The notes: generated by a model not told the origin, from the sequence alone. DNA of 64,000 bases from an uncultured bacterium (GCA_964356335.1 CAYHHI010000013.1:2974-66973), one strand, 5' to 3'. Positions 36,201 through 46,111 are shown, counted from the stretch's first letter. Translations and numbers: made by a program.

Positions 36201-38940
36201 AGTTGTCCTCATACTCCACCTGGTCGTCGCCTGGCTGGCCATCGGGTATGCCGTCAAGTCCCGTGTTCTCGTCTTCACTCAGCTTGCCGTCACTATCCTT
36301 GTCCTCGGTGTTAAGCGTGTCGGCCCAGGGATGGTAGAAGTTCTCGCTCACGGCACCAAGGTCAACGTACATCTTCCCCCTGTGGCCCTCCTTCTTCCTG
36401 AGCCAGACTTCGAGAAACCTGAGATCCGAGTAATCGCTTCCGGTCTTTGACACAAGCCGCTCAAGCCCCGACCACTGCTTGGCTGTGTCAGGATCCGGAG
36501 CAACCCAGCCATATGCGAACTTCCTGAAGTTGATTTCAAGAACCGGAATGAAGGCTTCCCCTGGACGGGACTCCGCCTCTGGGAAGAGATCCTGCTCCTT
36601 GACTTCCCTGTCCTTGACGTACCACCAGATCTTGCGGTTGTCCCTGTAGTAGAAATCTGTCGGGGGACTTGCGGGCACCCAGGCTTCCCGGATCAGCGAA
36701 AAAGACCTCAAGTCCCTCACTCCTTCCATATCATCTATGTAGACATCACGCTTGGTATTGGGATTGGGAAAACTTGCCGCCACTTCGGCTGAGATTGACA
36801 GTCTTGAGGGGCTTTGTGCCTGGACCATGGGAAGCGCATTGGTGATCGCGGTCATCCACTTCGGCTGGAATTCCAGCCGCGTATTGACGTCGCCGACCAT
36901 GATCTGAGAAGGTTCCTGGCCCAGCCTGGGCCGTTCCTCGGGGGATTTCTTGCTCTGGTAGATCCAGGCCGTACTCAAGTAGGACTGTTCCGAGAACTTG
37001 TAGGTGCCCTGGATGCCCAAAAGAGATTGCTGGGCTAAAGCGAGGAAGGGCACATATTGGTAATCTACGGTTATCTGTGCATCGGGACTCGCCGCTTCGT
37101 CGATCTTGAATCTTATCTGCCCCACGTCATAATAGATCTCATAGTCAACATTGCGCGTGAGCCGCCTTCCGTTGAGCGTTACGGTCTCGCTTCCCTCAAG
37201 GATATTGACATTGTTCAACTTGAATATGGTCTGCGGGGTGGAGAACCAGACCACCATATAGTACTTGCTGTTCTCGGGCTTGAGCTTCCTGGGATGAATG
37301 TCGTAAATATCGGGGTTTCCATCATCGAGAGTCTCCGGTCTGGCATCCATCAGCTGTATGTCGGGATCGAAGGGCCTGAGGTCTGGAAACAGGAGCAGCC
37401 CCAGCTCGCCGTTTACGGTTCCGCCGTCGGCATACCCGTCCGTGCGCCAGCCGTTTGCCGGGCTCGCTTTCACATTGCTCTCATCCTCAAGGTCTATCCC
37501 GAGAACCTTCGAATACTCATACTGCCGCTGGACGTCCTTGACATCTCCGCCCGGGTCCTTGCGGTAAATCTTCACCAAGACCTTCCCCTCGGAGACGTAG
37601 CTCGCGCCGAGCGAATAGACGTTCTTGCGCTCATACCTGAGGGTACCGCCCCAGAGTCCCTCCTTTTCTATCATGTCCGTCTCGGTCGGGCGTATCATCT
37701 TCAGCAAGCGCACGTTCTTGTCACCATACCCACCATACCCGCCCACCACCATGTCGCCCCACTTGTAAGTGACAGCCAGCGTATGCGCGGCATCGAGGGC
37801 TCTGAGGAGCGAGATCTCACCGGTACGCTGGTCTATCGCATAGTCTCTGTTACGCTCAAGGATGTCGAAGAAGCCGTGATAGGTCGAGTCCGCCCAGCCG
37901 GCGGAATCCGATGGCACCCTGTCAGGATCAAGCAAAGCATAAGCCTCGACCGCACCCTCACCGATGTTGTTATTGCCGTTGCCGTCATCCAGGTAAACTT
38001 CGACCTCGGTGACTTCAGGGCAGGGCTCGGGCGCAATCTTGCGGCAGTATTCAAGCCTCTCATAGGGATCAATCATGAAGAAGTATTTGTTCTTGACAAA
38101 GTCCATGTCTGAGAGTCTTACCGAATCTCGCTCAGCCGCTCCCACGAATCGCGCCCCGGCAGTTCTGCCTTCCTGCTTGCTGGCGATCACGGTCATATCC
38201 ATGGCCCCTAGCTTAGCAAGCACCTTGGCTCCGAAAAGACCCTGGTGCTGTTCGCTGTAGCCCACAAACTGGGAACCCGGCATGGACAGGTTGGTATTAC
38301 CCATTTCCACACTCTGCACGATCTCGTCGTCATCGCCCTTGTAATTGAGCTTTATGCGGTTCTCAAGGGGTGTTTCGACATCGCTATCGTGATGAACCAG
38401 TACGTTTATTTTCTCGCCCACGGTTCCCTTGAGGTCTATCCTGAGATGCTGCTTCATATTGAGCTGAGGAAACTTAGATGGTCTTCCGTATTCGGTCAAA
38501 GGTTGATTTACCCTGTATCTTGTCTGGCCGCCGAAGGTGATCTGTTCGCTGCCGGTGACGCTCAAGTTTGCTCCCTGCCCGATCACTCGGCCTATGGTCT
38601 TGGGGAACTTGACCGGTATGTCTATGCTGCTGAAGTCTCGAAGGGACATCGCATGTTCCTCAAAGACCCTGCCCGAGCCGGCTTTGATCCAATTCTCCCT
38701 GAGAGCGCCGTTGAAATCCTGCTCAAGCACCGGCTTCTGCATGAATTCGGGGAAGGCGAACCGCGGGCCGAGATTTGTACCGCTCGAAGGAAACCTGAGC
38801 GAGACTTCCGATGTGGGGCCGGCCGAGAGGCTGTCAGAGGACGTTCCGAAGCCAAGGGAGTCAGCGCCCTCGGAGACGCTTACGTATCCGAAGACCAGAA
38901 GCCCAAAGATTATGGCCCAGTAACCATCATGTGCTCTCAT
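33286..38940 (-). CDS. giant (1884 aa) secreted outer-membrane protein with Asp-rich Ca-binding-like repeats and a C-terminal beta-barrel; possibly SprA/Sov-like (T9SS translocon family), unverified
   Basis: Signal peptide MRAHDGYWAIIFGLLVFGYVSVSEGA; Asp/Gly-rich segment DKDSDGKLSEDENTGLDGIPDGQPGDDQ...DIDGNGNLDKDE; alternating beta-strand-like C-terminal ~600 aa ending ...GLSVSVLIRF (terminal Phe, OMP signature). One uninterrupted ORF. Confidence 0.8.
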   Translation of the reverse strand: MRAHDGYWAIIFGLLVFGYVSVSEGADSLGFGTSSDSLSAGPTSEVSLRFPSSGTNLGPRFAFPEFMQKPVLEQDFNGALRENWIKAGSGRVFEEHAMSLRDFSSIDIPVKFPKTIGRVIGQGANLSVTGSEQITFGGQTRYRVNQPLTEYGRPSKFPQLNMKQHLRIDLKGTVGEKINVLVHHDSDVETPLENRIKLNYKGDDDEIVQSVEMGNTNLSMPGSQFVGYSEQHQGLFGAKVLAKLGAMDMTVIASKQEGRTAGARFVGAAERDSVRLSDMDFVKNKYFFMIDPYERLEYCRKIAPEPCPEVTEVEVYLDDGNGNNNIGEGAVEAYALLDPDRVPSDSAGWADSTYHGFFDILERNRDYAIDQRTGEISLLRALDAAHTLAVTYKWGDMVVGGYGGYGDKNVRLLKMIRPTETDMIEKEGLWGGTLRYERKNVYSLGASYVSEGKVLVKIYRKDPGGDVKDVQRQYEYSKVLGIDLEDESNVKASPANGWRTDGYADGGTVNGELGLLLFPDLRPFDPDIQLMDARPETLDDGNPDIYDIHPRKLKPENSKYYMVVWFSTPQTIFKLNNVNILEGSETVTLNGRRLTRNVDYEIYYDVGQIRFKIDEAASPDAQITVDYQYVPFLALAQQSLLGIQGTYKFSEQSYLSTAWIYQSKKSPEERPRLGQEPSQIMVGDVNTRLEFQPKWMTAITNALPMVQAQSPSRLSISAEVAASFPNPNTKRDVYIDDMEGVRDLRSFSLIREAWVPASPPTDFYYRDNRKIWWYVKDREVKEQDLFPEAESRPGEAFIPVLEINFRKFAYGWVAPDPDTAKQWSGLERLVSKTGSDYSDLRFLEVWLRKKEGHRGKMYVDLGAVSENFYHPWADTLNTEDKDSDGKLSEDENTGLDGIPDGQPGDDQVEYEDNWSYSEGDYSHINGTEGDPNLVPDTEDIDGNGNLDKDEVLFRLGFDLSDTTYIVGRSGDWCHYMIPLADADALGGSPSWKSIRYVRFFFTGVDTPSVFQLAYLQISGASWLEEGIRRKEDMARVERLPRESFEISAKNTRDDPSYDPPYDPGTDPEGYKKREQSLVFGLRNLEAGNCGSVYKTLPGNAGDYTLYHTLAFYVHGDPNASAEDLSFFLRIGADSINFYEYGMKVTPGWSDVRLKLDEITNLKTSMDTTTVTLYGKPVLRRERPLTEATWIAVYGEPSITRVSRIGAGVVNRGTAPTSDTAVEVWFDDLRLTDVRREMGVAKRISVGAALSDVMSVSADLKQTDTEFQNLGGTRRGSDDTDLSLSGSTSLDRFLPPLGMSLPFSVGYHTARSLPTLSSRSDVALTTPQQRKKEERTSVDNNYSLAFSRRQKSNNLLMKLTFDALSGRVSFARRQGKSPESDAASNGYNGNLAYAFKPWWNHSLRIYRGYAISYFPEGMDFAVSGWTKTEKEFDKRQKIMKKNQYTREIRGNFAISVKPLTGPSLETDYSLKTMRDLDQNKQVPILSSVGLGWELNRNQRAGATLRPTIGKILKPSVSYDVNYDENSDPSVRSANDPPGVRRASVSSRSSIDLLLQPSSFLSAPQKGADTTGVPIYRRVLAMIPDIDVGYFVDRSSRYNKLMKRPGLRFQLGIDPQVDKDAILRPSGAGTSGGAGLPTDEITRNDGYDVSTEFKPVETVSLTTKYKHDKKTRTYAGATTFDRQTVWPDVAGNISSTVYLPLFRGAVKTSSITVGYKRSRQASGVGATETNRGHRSEWLPVIGWDATWKNGVRTTFNLRRSSNTTEDTKGTGSEKKFVSNSANFSLRHSFSAPEGMYIPLAGRTLKFKSSLTVSLDLSFESRVGTTPSFKNRIDSSTRTFTISPKASYSFSTSVTGSADARFEQTTDRKLEQTWRTIGLSVSVLIRF

Positions 38941-38989
38941 CGATTGAGTCTTTCAACCAATATACTAAGCCCCGCAGACCCCAGCAAGG

Positions 38990-39004
38990 GCAACTTTTGT
39001 GCCA
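38990..39004 (-). promoter_or_regulatory. sigma-54 (-24/-12) promoter upstream of the giant OMP gene
   Basis: The minus strand reads TGGCAC-aaaag-TTGC, a perfect consensus (forward GCAA 38990-38993, N5, GTGCCA 38999-39004), ~50 nt upstream of the ATG at 38940. It shares 13/14 nt (GCAAnTTTTGTGCC) with the site at 6847-6860. Confidence 0.55.
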
Positions 39005-39140
39005 TGCCTGGGCTCAGAACCTCCCTCTCGTCCACACCCGCAAATAGCACAGGAATAATAGGCTTGCCCTTGCCGGACCCCTGTAGTAACTTGGCTCTGA
39101 AAGATTTGCGGTGACCCCATTTAGGTACGTTGGTGTACAA

Positions 39141-40466
39141 ATGAAGACACTTCATAAATACATCCTCACCCAGCAGGTAGCACCTTTCCTTTTCGGCATT
39201 TTCATCATTATCTTCATTCTTGTCCTGGATTTTCTTTACAAGAACCTCGAAATGCTCATCGGCAAAGGCGTGCCGATAGCCATCTCAACAGAGCTCCTGG
39301 TCCTGAGCCTCGGCTGGATGATCGTGATGGCCGTCCCCATGGCGGTCCTGATAGGCACGCTGATCTCCTTCATGCGCCTTGCTTCCGACAACGAGATCGT
39401 GGCCATGAGGACAAGCGGGATAAGCCTGTTCGCGATTGCCAAGCCCCTCCTTGTGGCCTCCTTGCTGCTGTCCTTCGGGATGATACCCGTCCACAACTAC
39501 CTCGTTCCCGAAACCAATCATAGATTAGCAAATCTGCTTGTATCAATACACAGAAAAAAGCCTGCGCTCCAGCTCAGGGACGGCGTTTTCATCAATGACA
39601 TAAAGGGCATCAGTATCCTTGCTGAGAAGGTCAGGGGCAACCGGATTGAAGGAGTAACAATTTCGAAGCTGGTCGAGGACAAACCTGCACAGACCATCAG
39701 GGCCGAGCGAGGGGATGTACATTTCGCCGAAGATGGCAACACGCTTGTCCTCAAGCTTTATGACGGTGAGATCCACGATGTTGACCAGAAGGATCCAAAG
39801 CGTTACTTGAGGCTCAAGTTCGCCGAGCACACGCTTAACATCCCGGATGCAGGGGGCAAGCTCATGATGATAGAGCGGGAATACCGCGGCGAACGCGAGA
39901 TGAGCATAAGTTCCCTGAGAGGTGAGGTTGCCAAGATCAAACGAAAGATGGCGGATGGGAATGGACAGGTGAGAGAGATCATCGAGAAGGCTGCCCAGGA
40001 ACTCCCTGAGATCAGGAAGGCTGACTTGTCAGATGAAACGCGGCCTAAGTCGAGTGGCAAGATCGTTGCCCTCTTGACCTCGACGCAGGATAAGCTTCAG
40101 AGTCTCAAGAACCAGGAGATGGGCTACAGGAGAAGTATGAGAGCGTACTCAGTTGAGATACATAAGAAGATTGCGATTTCATTCGCCTGTGCCGTGTTTG
40201 TGCTTCTCGGAGTGCCGATAGGCGCCAGAACCAAGGAAGGCGGGACCGGTGCGGGCATGGTCGGGAGCATCTCGGTGTTTGCGATCTACTATGCTTTCCT
40301 CACTGCAGGCGAGAAACTCGCAGACCGAGGTTTCGTGCCGCCCTTCCTGTCCATGTGGGCCGCCAATATACTGCTGGGCACAATCGGTCTGTGGCTCTTC
40401 ATAAGAGCCAACAGGGAGCTTCCCTTCATCCCCCATAAGATCCGCGCCCTGGTAGGGAGAACCTGA
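39141..40466 (+). CDS. lptF: LptF/LptG-family LPS export permease (YjgP/YjgQ)
   Basis: Start MKTLHKYILTQQVAPFLFG (the track ORF begins 10 codons earlier), six TM helices around a periplasmic beta-jellyroll insert; 442 aa. Confidence 0.8.
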   Translation: MKTLHKYILTQQVAPFLFGIFIIIFILVLDFLYKNLEMLIGKGVPIAISTELLVLSLGWMIVMAVPMAVLIGTLISFMRLASDNEIVAMRTSGISLFAIAKPLLVASLLLSFGMIPVHNYLVPETNHRLANLLVSIHRKKPALQLRDGVFINDIKGISILAEKVRGNRIEGVTISKLVEDKPAQTIRAERGDVHFAEDGNTLVLKLYDGEIHDVDQKDPKRYLRLKFAEHTLNIPDAGGKLMMIEREYRGEREMSISSLRGEVAKIKRKMADGNGQVREIIEKAAQELPEIRKADLSDETRPKSSGKIVALLTSTQDKLQSLKNQEMGYRRSMRAYSVEIHKKIAISFACAVFVLLGVPIGARTKEGGTGAGMVGSISVFAIYYAFLTAGEKLADRGFVPPFLSMWAANILLGTIGLWLFIRANRELPFIPHKIRALVGRT

Positions 40467-40467
40467 T

Positions 40468-41556
40468 TTGAGAACCCTGGACAGGTATGTTCTCGCCGAG
40501 TTTACCAGGATGATATTGATAGGCGCGCTGGCCTTTATCGCGGTCTTTGTCACCCTGGATATGGTGGAGAACGTCGATGATTTTGTGGATAACGACGTCG
40601 GCGTCCTTACTGTGCTCAAGTACTACGCCTTCCAGATCCCTTACATTTTCACACTCACCTTACCTGTGGCGGTCCTCATATCTTCACTTTTCACGATCGG
40701 CCAGATGGCAAGGCTTAACGAACTGGTAGCGATGAAGGCGTCCGGCATTCGCTTCGCAAGATCAATCGTGCCGCTGGCTGCGGCAGGCCTCGTGGCTAGC
40801 CTGGTGGCGCTGAGTGTTGCCGAGTTTGTCGAGCCCGGTGCGGATGCTATTGTGAGGAGCATCAAGAACAATGAGATCAGGAAATCCTCGGCTAAGACCG
40901 AGCCAAGAATAAGGTCCAACGTAACCTATCGAGGCAAGGCCGGCCTTTTTTACTTCGCACCTGAGTATGATACTAGACTCAATACCATGAAGGATCTTGT
41001 CGTTGAACAATCACAAGCAGGGAAACTGATCTTCCGCCTCAACGCGACTGAGGCAGTCTGGAAGGATTCGATCTGGATACTATCGGAAGCCTGGGTGAGA
41101 TGGTTCTCAGAGGATGGTGAAGTGGAACGCGAGACTTACATAACCCAGGGCTCCCTCCCGATGGTCAAGGATTACCCCAGAGACATTCTGCGAGAGCAGC
41201 GAAACCCTGAAGAGATGAGCTACAGGGAACTGGCGCGCCTGGTGCGGAAGATAGATGAGAGCGGAGGGGATTCGGCGAAGTATCGCGTAGGCCTCGCCAT
41301 GAAGATGTCGTTCCCTTTTGCCAATCTTATAGTTGTGCTCATCGGCTCACCTCTTTCCGCGCGGCTCCGCAGGGGTGGCCTGGCTGTGGGCGTGGGCACA
41401 GGACTTGGGCTATGCTTTGTCTATTACGGCTTCGTGAGGGTCGGTCAGGCACTGGGCGATCATTCGGTGCTGCCGCCACTTGTCGCGGCATGGGCAGGCA
41501 ACGTCTTCTTCGCCGTCTGCGGAATCGTCCTGATACTCAGGGCTGAGAAGCGCTAA
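40468..41556 (+). CDS. lptG: LptF/LptG-family LPS export permease (second paralog)
   Basis: MRTLDRYVLAEFTRMILIGALAFIAVFV, same architecture, 362 aa; starts 1 nt after the lptF stop. Confidence 0.8.
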   Translation: MRTLDRYVLAEFTRMILIGALAFIAVFVTLDMVENVDDFVDNDVGVLTVLKYYAFQIPYIFTLTLPVAVLISSLFTIGQMARLNELVAMKASGIRFARSIVPLAAAGLVASLVALSVAEFVEPGADAIVRSIKNNEIRKSSAKTEPRIRSNVTYRGKAGLFYFAPEYDTRLNTMKDLVVEQSQAGKLIFRLNATEAVWKDSIWILSEAWVRWFSEDGEVERETYITQGSLPMVKDYPRDILREQRNPEEMSYRELARLVRKIDESGGDSAKYRVGLAMKMSFPFANLIVVLIGSPLSARLRRGGLAVGVGTGLGLCFVYYGFVRVGQALGDHSVLPPLVAAWAGNVFFAVCGIVLILRAEKR

Positions 41557-41599
41557 CTTCGAGACCGCTCCGCTCCGGGAACCGGGGTTGTTAACCTGC

Positions 41600-41636
41600 A
41601 AGTCAGGGAGTCACTCAGTTGCTATGTTCCTGACTT
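41600..41636. terminator. imperfect hairpin between convergent lptG and ahcY (possible bidirectional terminator)
   Basis: AGTCAGG (41601-41607) pairs with CCTGACT (41629-41635), 21-nt loop; overlaps the ahcY stop codon; no clear U-tract. Confidence 0.25.
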
Positions 41637-42875
41637 CCAGGATGCCAGGTAGATTCGCTGTTCTTCTGTGAGCGTGTCAATCTTCACCCCGATAGCAGCA
41701 AGCTTGAGGCCGGCGACCTTCCGGTCTATGTCGGCCGGGACGGGGTAGACATCCGGCACGAGCTTGGTCTTTGATCGAACCAGGTATTCCAGCGAGAGGG
41801 CCTGATTGGCGAAACTCATGTCCATCACAGATGCCGGATGCCCTTCGGCAGCAGCAAGGTTTATCAAGCGGCCCTCGCCCAAGAGATAAACACGCTTGTC
41901 ACCTATCCTGTACTCATCAACCTCGCCGCGTATACGCCGCTTCGAGGTCCCCATCTTTTCCAGTGCTTCGATGTCGATCTCAACATTGAAGTGCCCCGAG
42001 TTGCAGATGACGGCTCCGTCCTTCATCGCTTCGAAATGCTCCACCCTCAAGACCCCCTTGTTGCCGGTCAGAGTGATGAAAAGATCGCCGACCTTCGCTG
42101 CATCGGCCATGGGCATAACGGCGAACCCATCCATCACGGCTTCAAGCCCCTTCAGGGGTTCGACCTCGGTCACGATCACATTGGCACCCATTCCCCTTGC
42201 CCGAGTTGCGACCCCCCTCCCACACCAACCGTAACCGCAGATTACGACTCTGGATCCGGCTAGCAGCATGTTGGTGGACCTTAAAATGCCGTCAAGAGTG
42301 CTCTGTCCCGTCCCGTACCTGTTGTCGAAAAGATGTTTGGTGAGAGCATCGTTCACGGCGATGATGGGGTATCTCAAGGCACCTTCTTTGGCCATACTCC
42401 GGAGCCTTATCACACCCGTTGTAGTCTCCTCGGTACCTCCGATCACGGAGGAAGCCAGCGCCGGCGTCTCCGAATGTATAGTGAAAACCAGGTCAGCACC
42501 ATCATCCATCGTGATCTGCGGAGAGAAAGCAAGGGCTCCCCTTATGTGCTCATAGTAACCTTTGGTGTCAACCCCCCGCCTTGCAAAGACGCTTATCTTG
42601 CCATCCTCCACGAGTGATGCCGCCACATCATCCTGGGTGCTCAGGGGATTGGAAGCACAAAGCCGCACGTCTGCACCACCGGCCTTGAGCGTGGTCATCA
42701 GGTTAGCGGTCTCGGTTGTGACATGGAGGCACGCCGCTATCCTTATGCCTTCCAGCGGTTTCTCTGCTGCAAACCGCTTCCTTATGTCGTTGAGGACAGG
42801 CATGCTTGCTCCCGCCCACTCGATCCTGAGTTTGCCCTTCTGGGCGAGCCCTGGGTCATGGATATCGTGGTCCAC
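41622..42875 (-). CDS. ahcY: adenosylhomocysteinase
   Basis: 417 aa with a NAD-binding GYGWCGRG motif and a highly conserved SAHH core. Confidence 0.95.
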   Translation of the reverse strand: MDHDIHDPGLAQKGKLRIEWAGASMPVLNDIRKRFAAEKPLEGIRIAACLHVTTETANLMTTLKAGGADVRLCASNPLSTQDDVAASLVEDGKISVFARRGVDTKGYYEHIRGALAFSPQITMDDGADLVFTIHSETPALASSVIGGTEETTTGVIRLRSMAKEGALRYPIIAVNDALTKHLFDNRYGTGQSTLDGILRSTNMLLAGSRVVICGYGWCGRGVATRARGMGANVIVTEVEPLKGLEAVMDGFAVMPMADAAKVGDLFITLTGNKGVLRVEHFEAMKDGAVICNSGHFNVEIDIEALEKMGTSKRRIRGEVDEYRIGDKRVYLLGEGRLINLAAAEGHPASVMDMSFANQALSLEYLVRSKTKLVPDVYPVPADIDRKVAGLKLAAIGVKIDTLTEEQRIYLASWKSGT

Positions 42876-42923
42876 TTGAACCTCCTCGGAGATGCTCCAC
42901 GAGAGACGTTTCTATGTATGCTC

Positions 42924-44075
42924 TCAGAGATATTTCTTGAGATCAGCGGCCCTGTCGGTGACCTCCCAGGTGAACCCTTCCTCCTCACGTCCGAAGTGGC
43001 CGTAGGCAGCCGTCCGCCGATACACAGGGCGTCTGAGCTTAAGCTGCTCGATGATGGCCCTGGGTCTAAAGTCGAATTGCTTCAGCACGATCTTCGCCAA
43101 CTCCTCGTCATCCATGACGCCCGTGCCCTGGGTGTCGACCATTACCGAGACGGGCTGGGCCACACCGATCGCATACGCGATCTGGACCTCGCACTCTCCG
43201 GCAAATCCCGCTGCCACAACGTTCTTGGCGACGTAGCGCGCCATATAGGAACCCGACCGGTCAACCTTCGTAGGATCCTTTCCCGACAGGCAACCACCGC
43301 CGTGACTGCCGAAACCACCGTAGGTGTCAACCACAATCTTCCTTCCCGTGAGACCGCAGTCCCCCTGAGGCCCTCCGATCACGAACCTGCCGGTCTCGTT
43401 TACGAAGATCTTCATTCCGGCTTTGTCAACAAGTGACTTAGGAATGACCTGGTTTATCACCTTTGCTTCAATGTTCTGCCTTATCTGTTTGTCAGAGGCA
43501 TCCGGGTGGTGCTGAGCAGCAATAACCACGGATCTCACAGCGACCGGCTTGCCGTCATCGTACTCGACAGTCACCTGGGATTTGCCATCAGGTCTCAAGT
43601 AAGGTATGGTGCCGTCTTTCCTTACCTCAGCCAGCTTCCGCACCAGCCGGTGTGCCAGTAAGATGGGCAGAGGCATCAGCTCCGGAGTCTCATTGACGGC
43701 ATACCCAAACATCATGCCCTGGTCGCCGGCCCCTTCCCTGTCCACTCCCATAGCAATATCGGGTGACTGCTCGTGGATTGAGGTGAGCACGGCGCAGGTC
43801 TCGAAATCGAACCCATACGTTGCATCGGTGTACCCGATATCCCTTATCACGCCCCTCACCACGCCGGGTATCTCGACATAGCAATCAGTGGTTATCTCAC
43901 CTGCGACAAGAGCCAGACCCGTTGCTACAAGTGTCTCACACGCAACTCTCCCGTTAGGATCCTTCCCAATAATCTCGTCAAGGATCGCATCGGATATCTG
44001 GTCGGCTACTTTGTCCGGGTGACCCTCAGTGACTGACTCCGACGTGAACAGGTGCTTCTGCTTGTTCATATCCAC
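42924..44075 (-). CDS. metK: S-adenosylmethionine synthase
   Basis: [23 protein letters not shown]-like and DTYGG motifs; 383 aa. Confidence 0.95.
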   Translation of the reverse strand: MDMNKQKHLFTSESVTEGHPDKVADQISDAILDEIIGKDPNGRVACETLVATGLALVAGEITTDCYVEIPGVVRGVIRDIGYTDATYGFDFETCAVLTSIHEQSPDIAMGVDREGAGDQGMMFGYAVNETPELMPLPILLAHRLVRKLAEVRKDGTIPYLRPDGKSQVTVEYDDGKPVAVRSVVIAAQHHPDASDKQIRQNIEAKVINQVIPKSLVDKAGMKIFVNETGRFVIGGPQGDCGLTGRKIVVDTYGGFGSHGGGCLSGKDPTKVDRSGSYMARYVAKNVVAAGFAGECEVQIAYAIGVAQPVSVMVDTQGTGVMDDEELAKIVLKQFDFRPRAIIEQLKLRRPVYRRTAAYGHFGREEEGFTWEVTDRAADLKKYL

Positions 44076-44089
44076 CCTCCATGCTTTGC

Positions 44090-45064
44090 TTAAGTGAAGT
44101 CTATCTCCGATGAATCGCCAACGTTGAGGCGTTTGAAAGTGCCGCGCACTACCGCGTTATCCCCAACCAGAGATGAATCCAGGAGAGCGTCCTCAACAGA
44201 GGCACTCTCGCCTATTATGGAATTCCTTATTATGGACTTCTTAACGACTGATTTCTCGGCGATTGAAACGTAAGGTCCGACCACCGAGGCCTCAACCCGC
44301 GCATCCGGTGCGATATAGACGGGCCCGACAATTATGCTCCCGGGGATGTCCGCTGCAGGAGCCGACATCTCCAGAAGCGCTCGATTGGTCTCAAGCAGGG
44401 TCTCGGGTTTGCCGCAGTCAAACCAACCATCGATGTCAAACGCCCTGAGTTCGATCCCCTCACACATCATCATGTTGAGGGCATCCGTAAGCTGGAACTC
44501 GCCTTTGGTTCTTGTCTCCGAAGATATTATGGAATCGAGGGCACCAAAAAGAGCTGCCGTGTCTTTTATCCAGTACACGCCGACGACGGCGAGGTCGGAC
44601 TCGGGTCTCTCGGGCTTTTCAACAAGGTTCACGATGCGCCCGCCCTCCACCTTCACGACTCCGAATCTCTCAGGCTCCGCCACTTTCTTCACACCGATGT
44701 AGTTGCCATCCGATTCAATCATCTTCTTGAGGTCGCCCTTGAAGATGCTGTCACCAAGCACGATAAAGACCGGATCAGTGCCAACGTACTTCCGCGTAAG
44801 ATAAATAGCATGCCCCAGGCCGAGGCGCGCCTCCTGCTCCACAAAATTCACGTGAACATCGTAATTGGCCCTGACATAATCCACGATCTCCTGGCCCCGG
44901 TACCCTACGATCAAGATTATGTCGTTGATCCCGAGTTTGACTGCATCATCAAGAATGTGTCCCAGAATGGGCTTTCCTGCGACTCTGATCAGGGACTTGG
45001 GGACCGTATGGGTGTGAGGCCTAAGCCTGGTTCCTTCTCCAGCAACGGGGATTATCGCTTTCAC
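44090..45064 (-). CDS. sugar-phosphate nucleotidyltransferase (NTP_transferase domain + C-terminal left-handed beta-helix; Glc-1-P thymidylyl-/Man-1-P guanylyltransferase-like)
   Basis: [23 protein letters not shown] (G-x-G-T-R-L motif), EKP motif and a hexapeptide-repeat C-terminus. Confidence 0.75.
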   Translation of the reverse strand: MKAIIPVAGEGTRLRPHTHTVPKSLIRVAGKPILGHILDDAVKLGINDIILIVGYRGQEIVDYVRANYDVHVNFVEQEARLGLGHAIYLTRKYVGTDPVFIVLGDSIFKGDLKKMIESDGNYIGVKKVAEPERFGVVKVEGGRIVNLVEKPERPESDLAVVGVYWIKDTAALFGALDSIISSETRTKGEFQLTDALNMMMCEGIELRAFDIDGWFDCGKPETLLETNRALLEMSAPAADIPGSIIVGPVYIAPDARVEASVVGPYVSIAEKSVVKKSIIRNSIIGESASVEDALLDSSLVGDNAVVRGTFKRLNVGDSSEIDFT

Positions 45065-46111
45065 CTAATCTTCCATTCCACCCTGTTTGAGCAAGGTCTT
45101 GATCCTGTCGATCGTTTTTATCGGGGTCGGATCAACACCCCTGGCAAGCGCAAGATAGACACTTCCATAATCACCCAGTAATATCAGTGAAAACATCCTG
45201 CTTAGCAAGCTGGATCCGCTCGTCCAGAACTCTCCGCAAAAAAAGGCATTGTCCCCGATGACGTCCTTAATCAGGGCAAGGCTCCGGGCGGCCTGCGGAT
45301 GCTCATCCGAAGTCCTCAGCACGATAACTCCCGCGGTTATGCCTCGGGCTTCGACTTCCCAGCCCATGATCTCATTGTGGTTCGCCTCGGGGACGACGCT
45401 TGTAAACGCCAACGTCTTGGCATTCTCGCAGAACTGGTTCTTCCACCTGAGGCCTACGGCATCCAGGTCGGTGCCACAGTAGATTAGGGGTATGCGCGAT
45501 ACGAGATCCCTTGCCAGGCGCACCGCCGGATTGGCATCCGTCTCGTGTCGGACATAGACCTTGGTCAGACTCTCCAGGGTATCGGCGCATTCGCACAGCT
45601 CATCTTCAGGATGCGCGCACAGACCTGCCTTCCAGGCAAGAGCCAGCAGGGTCGCGAAGCAGTAGCCAAGACCGGCTCTCGGCGGAAACCCCATGGGGAT
45701 CTTCACATACGGTATCCCTCGCAGGCGTGCTTCCTCGAGCAGGTGGCCATCAGATGTTATGCACACCACAAGGGCGTTTCTTGAAATGGCTTCGCGGAAG
45801 CATGAGAGTGCTTCCTCGGTATTGCCTGAGTAAGAGGAGATGACAACCAGCGAACCCTCGCCGACGAAGCGCGGCAGGCCGTAATCCCTTAAGACAAAGA
45901 CCGGAATGCCTGAGTGCCTCGAAAGATAGATCCTCAGGAGGTCCCCGCCTATGGCAGAGGCTCCCATGCCCGCAATCGCGAGGGTTTTCGGCTCGATCCT
46001 CTCCAGGGATCGCCATGCTTCTTCGCCAAGCCTGAAGCCCAGTCGAAGCTGCTCAGGAAGGCTTCGAATCTTCCCCAACATGTCAGATGAGTCCAAGGTG
46101 AGACTCCTCAT
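45065..46111 (-). CDS. bifunctional phosphoglucose/phosphomannose isomerase (archaeal-type PGI/PMI, SIS domain)
   Basis: 348 aa, a SIS fold with SYSGNTEE; the architecture is typical of TIGR02128-type PGI/PMI. Confidence 0.7.
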   Translation of the reverse strand: MRSLTLDSSDMLGKIRSLPEQLRLGFRLGEEAWRSLERIEPKTLAIAGMGASAIGGDLLRIYLSRHSGIPVFVLRDYGLPRFVGEGSLVVISSYSGNTEEALSCFREAISRNALVVCITSDGHLLEEARLRGIPYVKIPMGFPPRAGLGYCFATLLALAWKAGLCAHPEDELCECADTLESLTKVYVRHETDANPAVRLARDLVSRIPLIYCGTDLDAVGLRWKNQFCENAKTLAFTSVVPEANHNEIMGWEVEARGITAGVIVLRTSDEHPQAARSLALIKDVIGDNAFFCGEFWTSGSSLLSRMFSLILLGDYGSVYLALARGVDPTPIKTIDRIKTLLKQGGMED

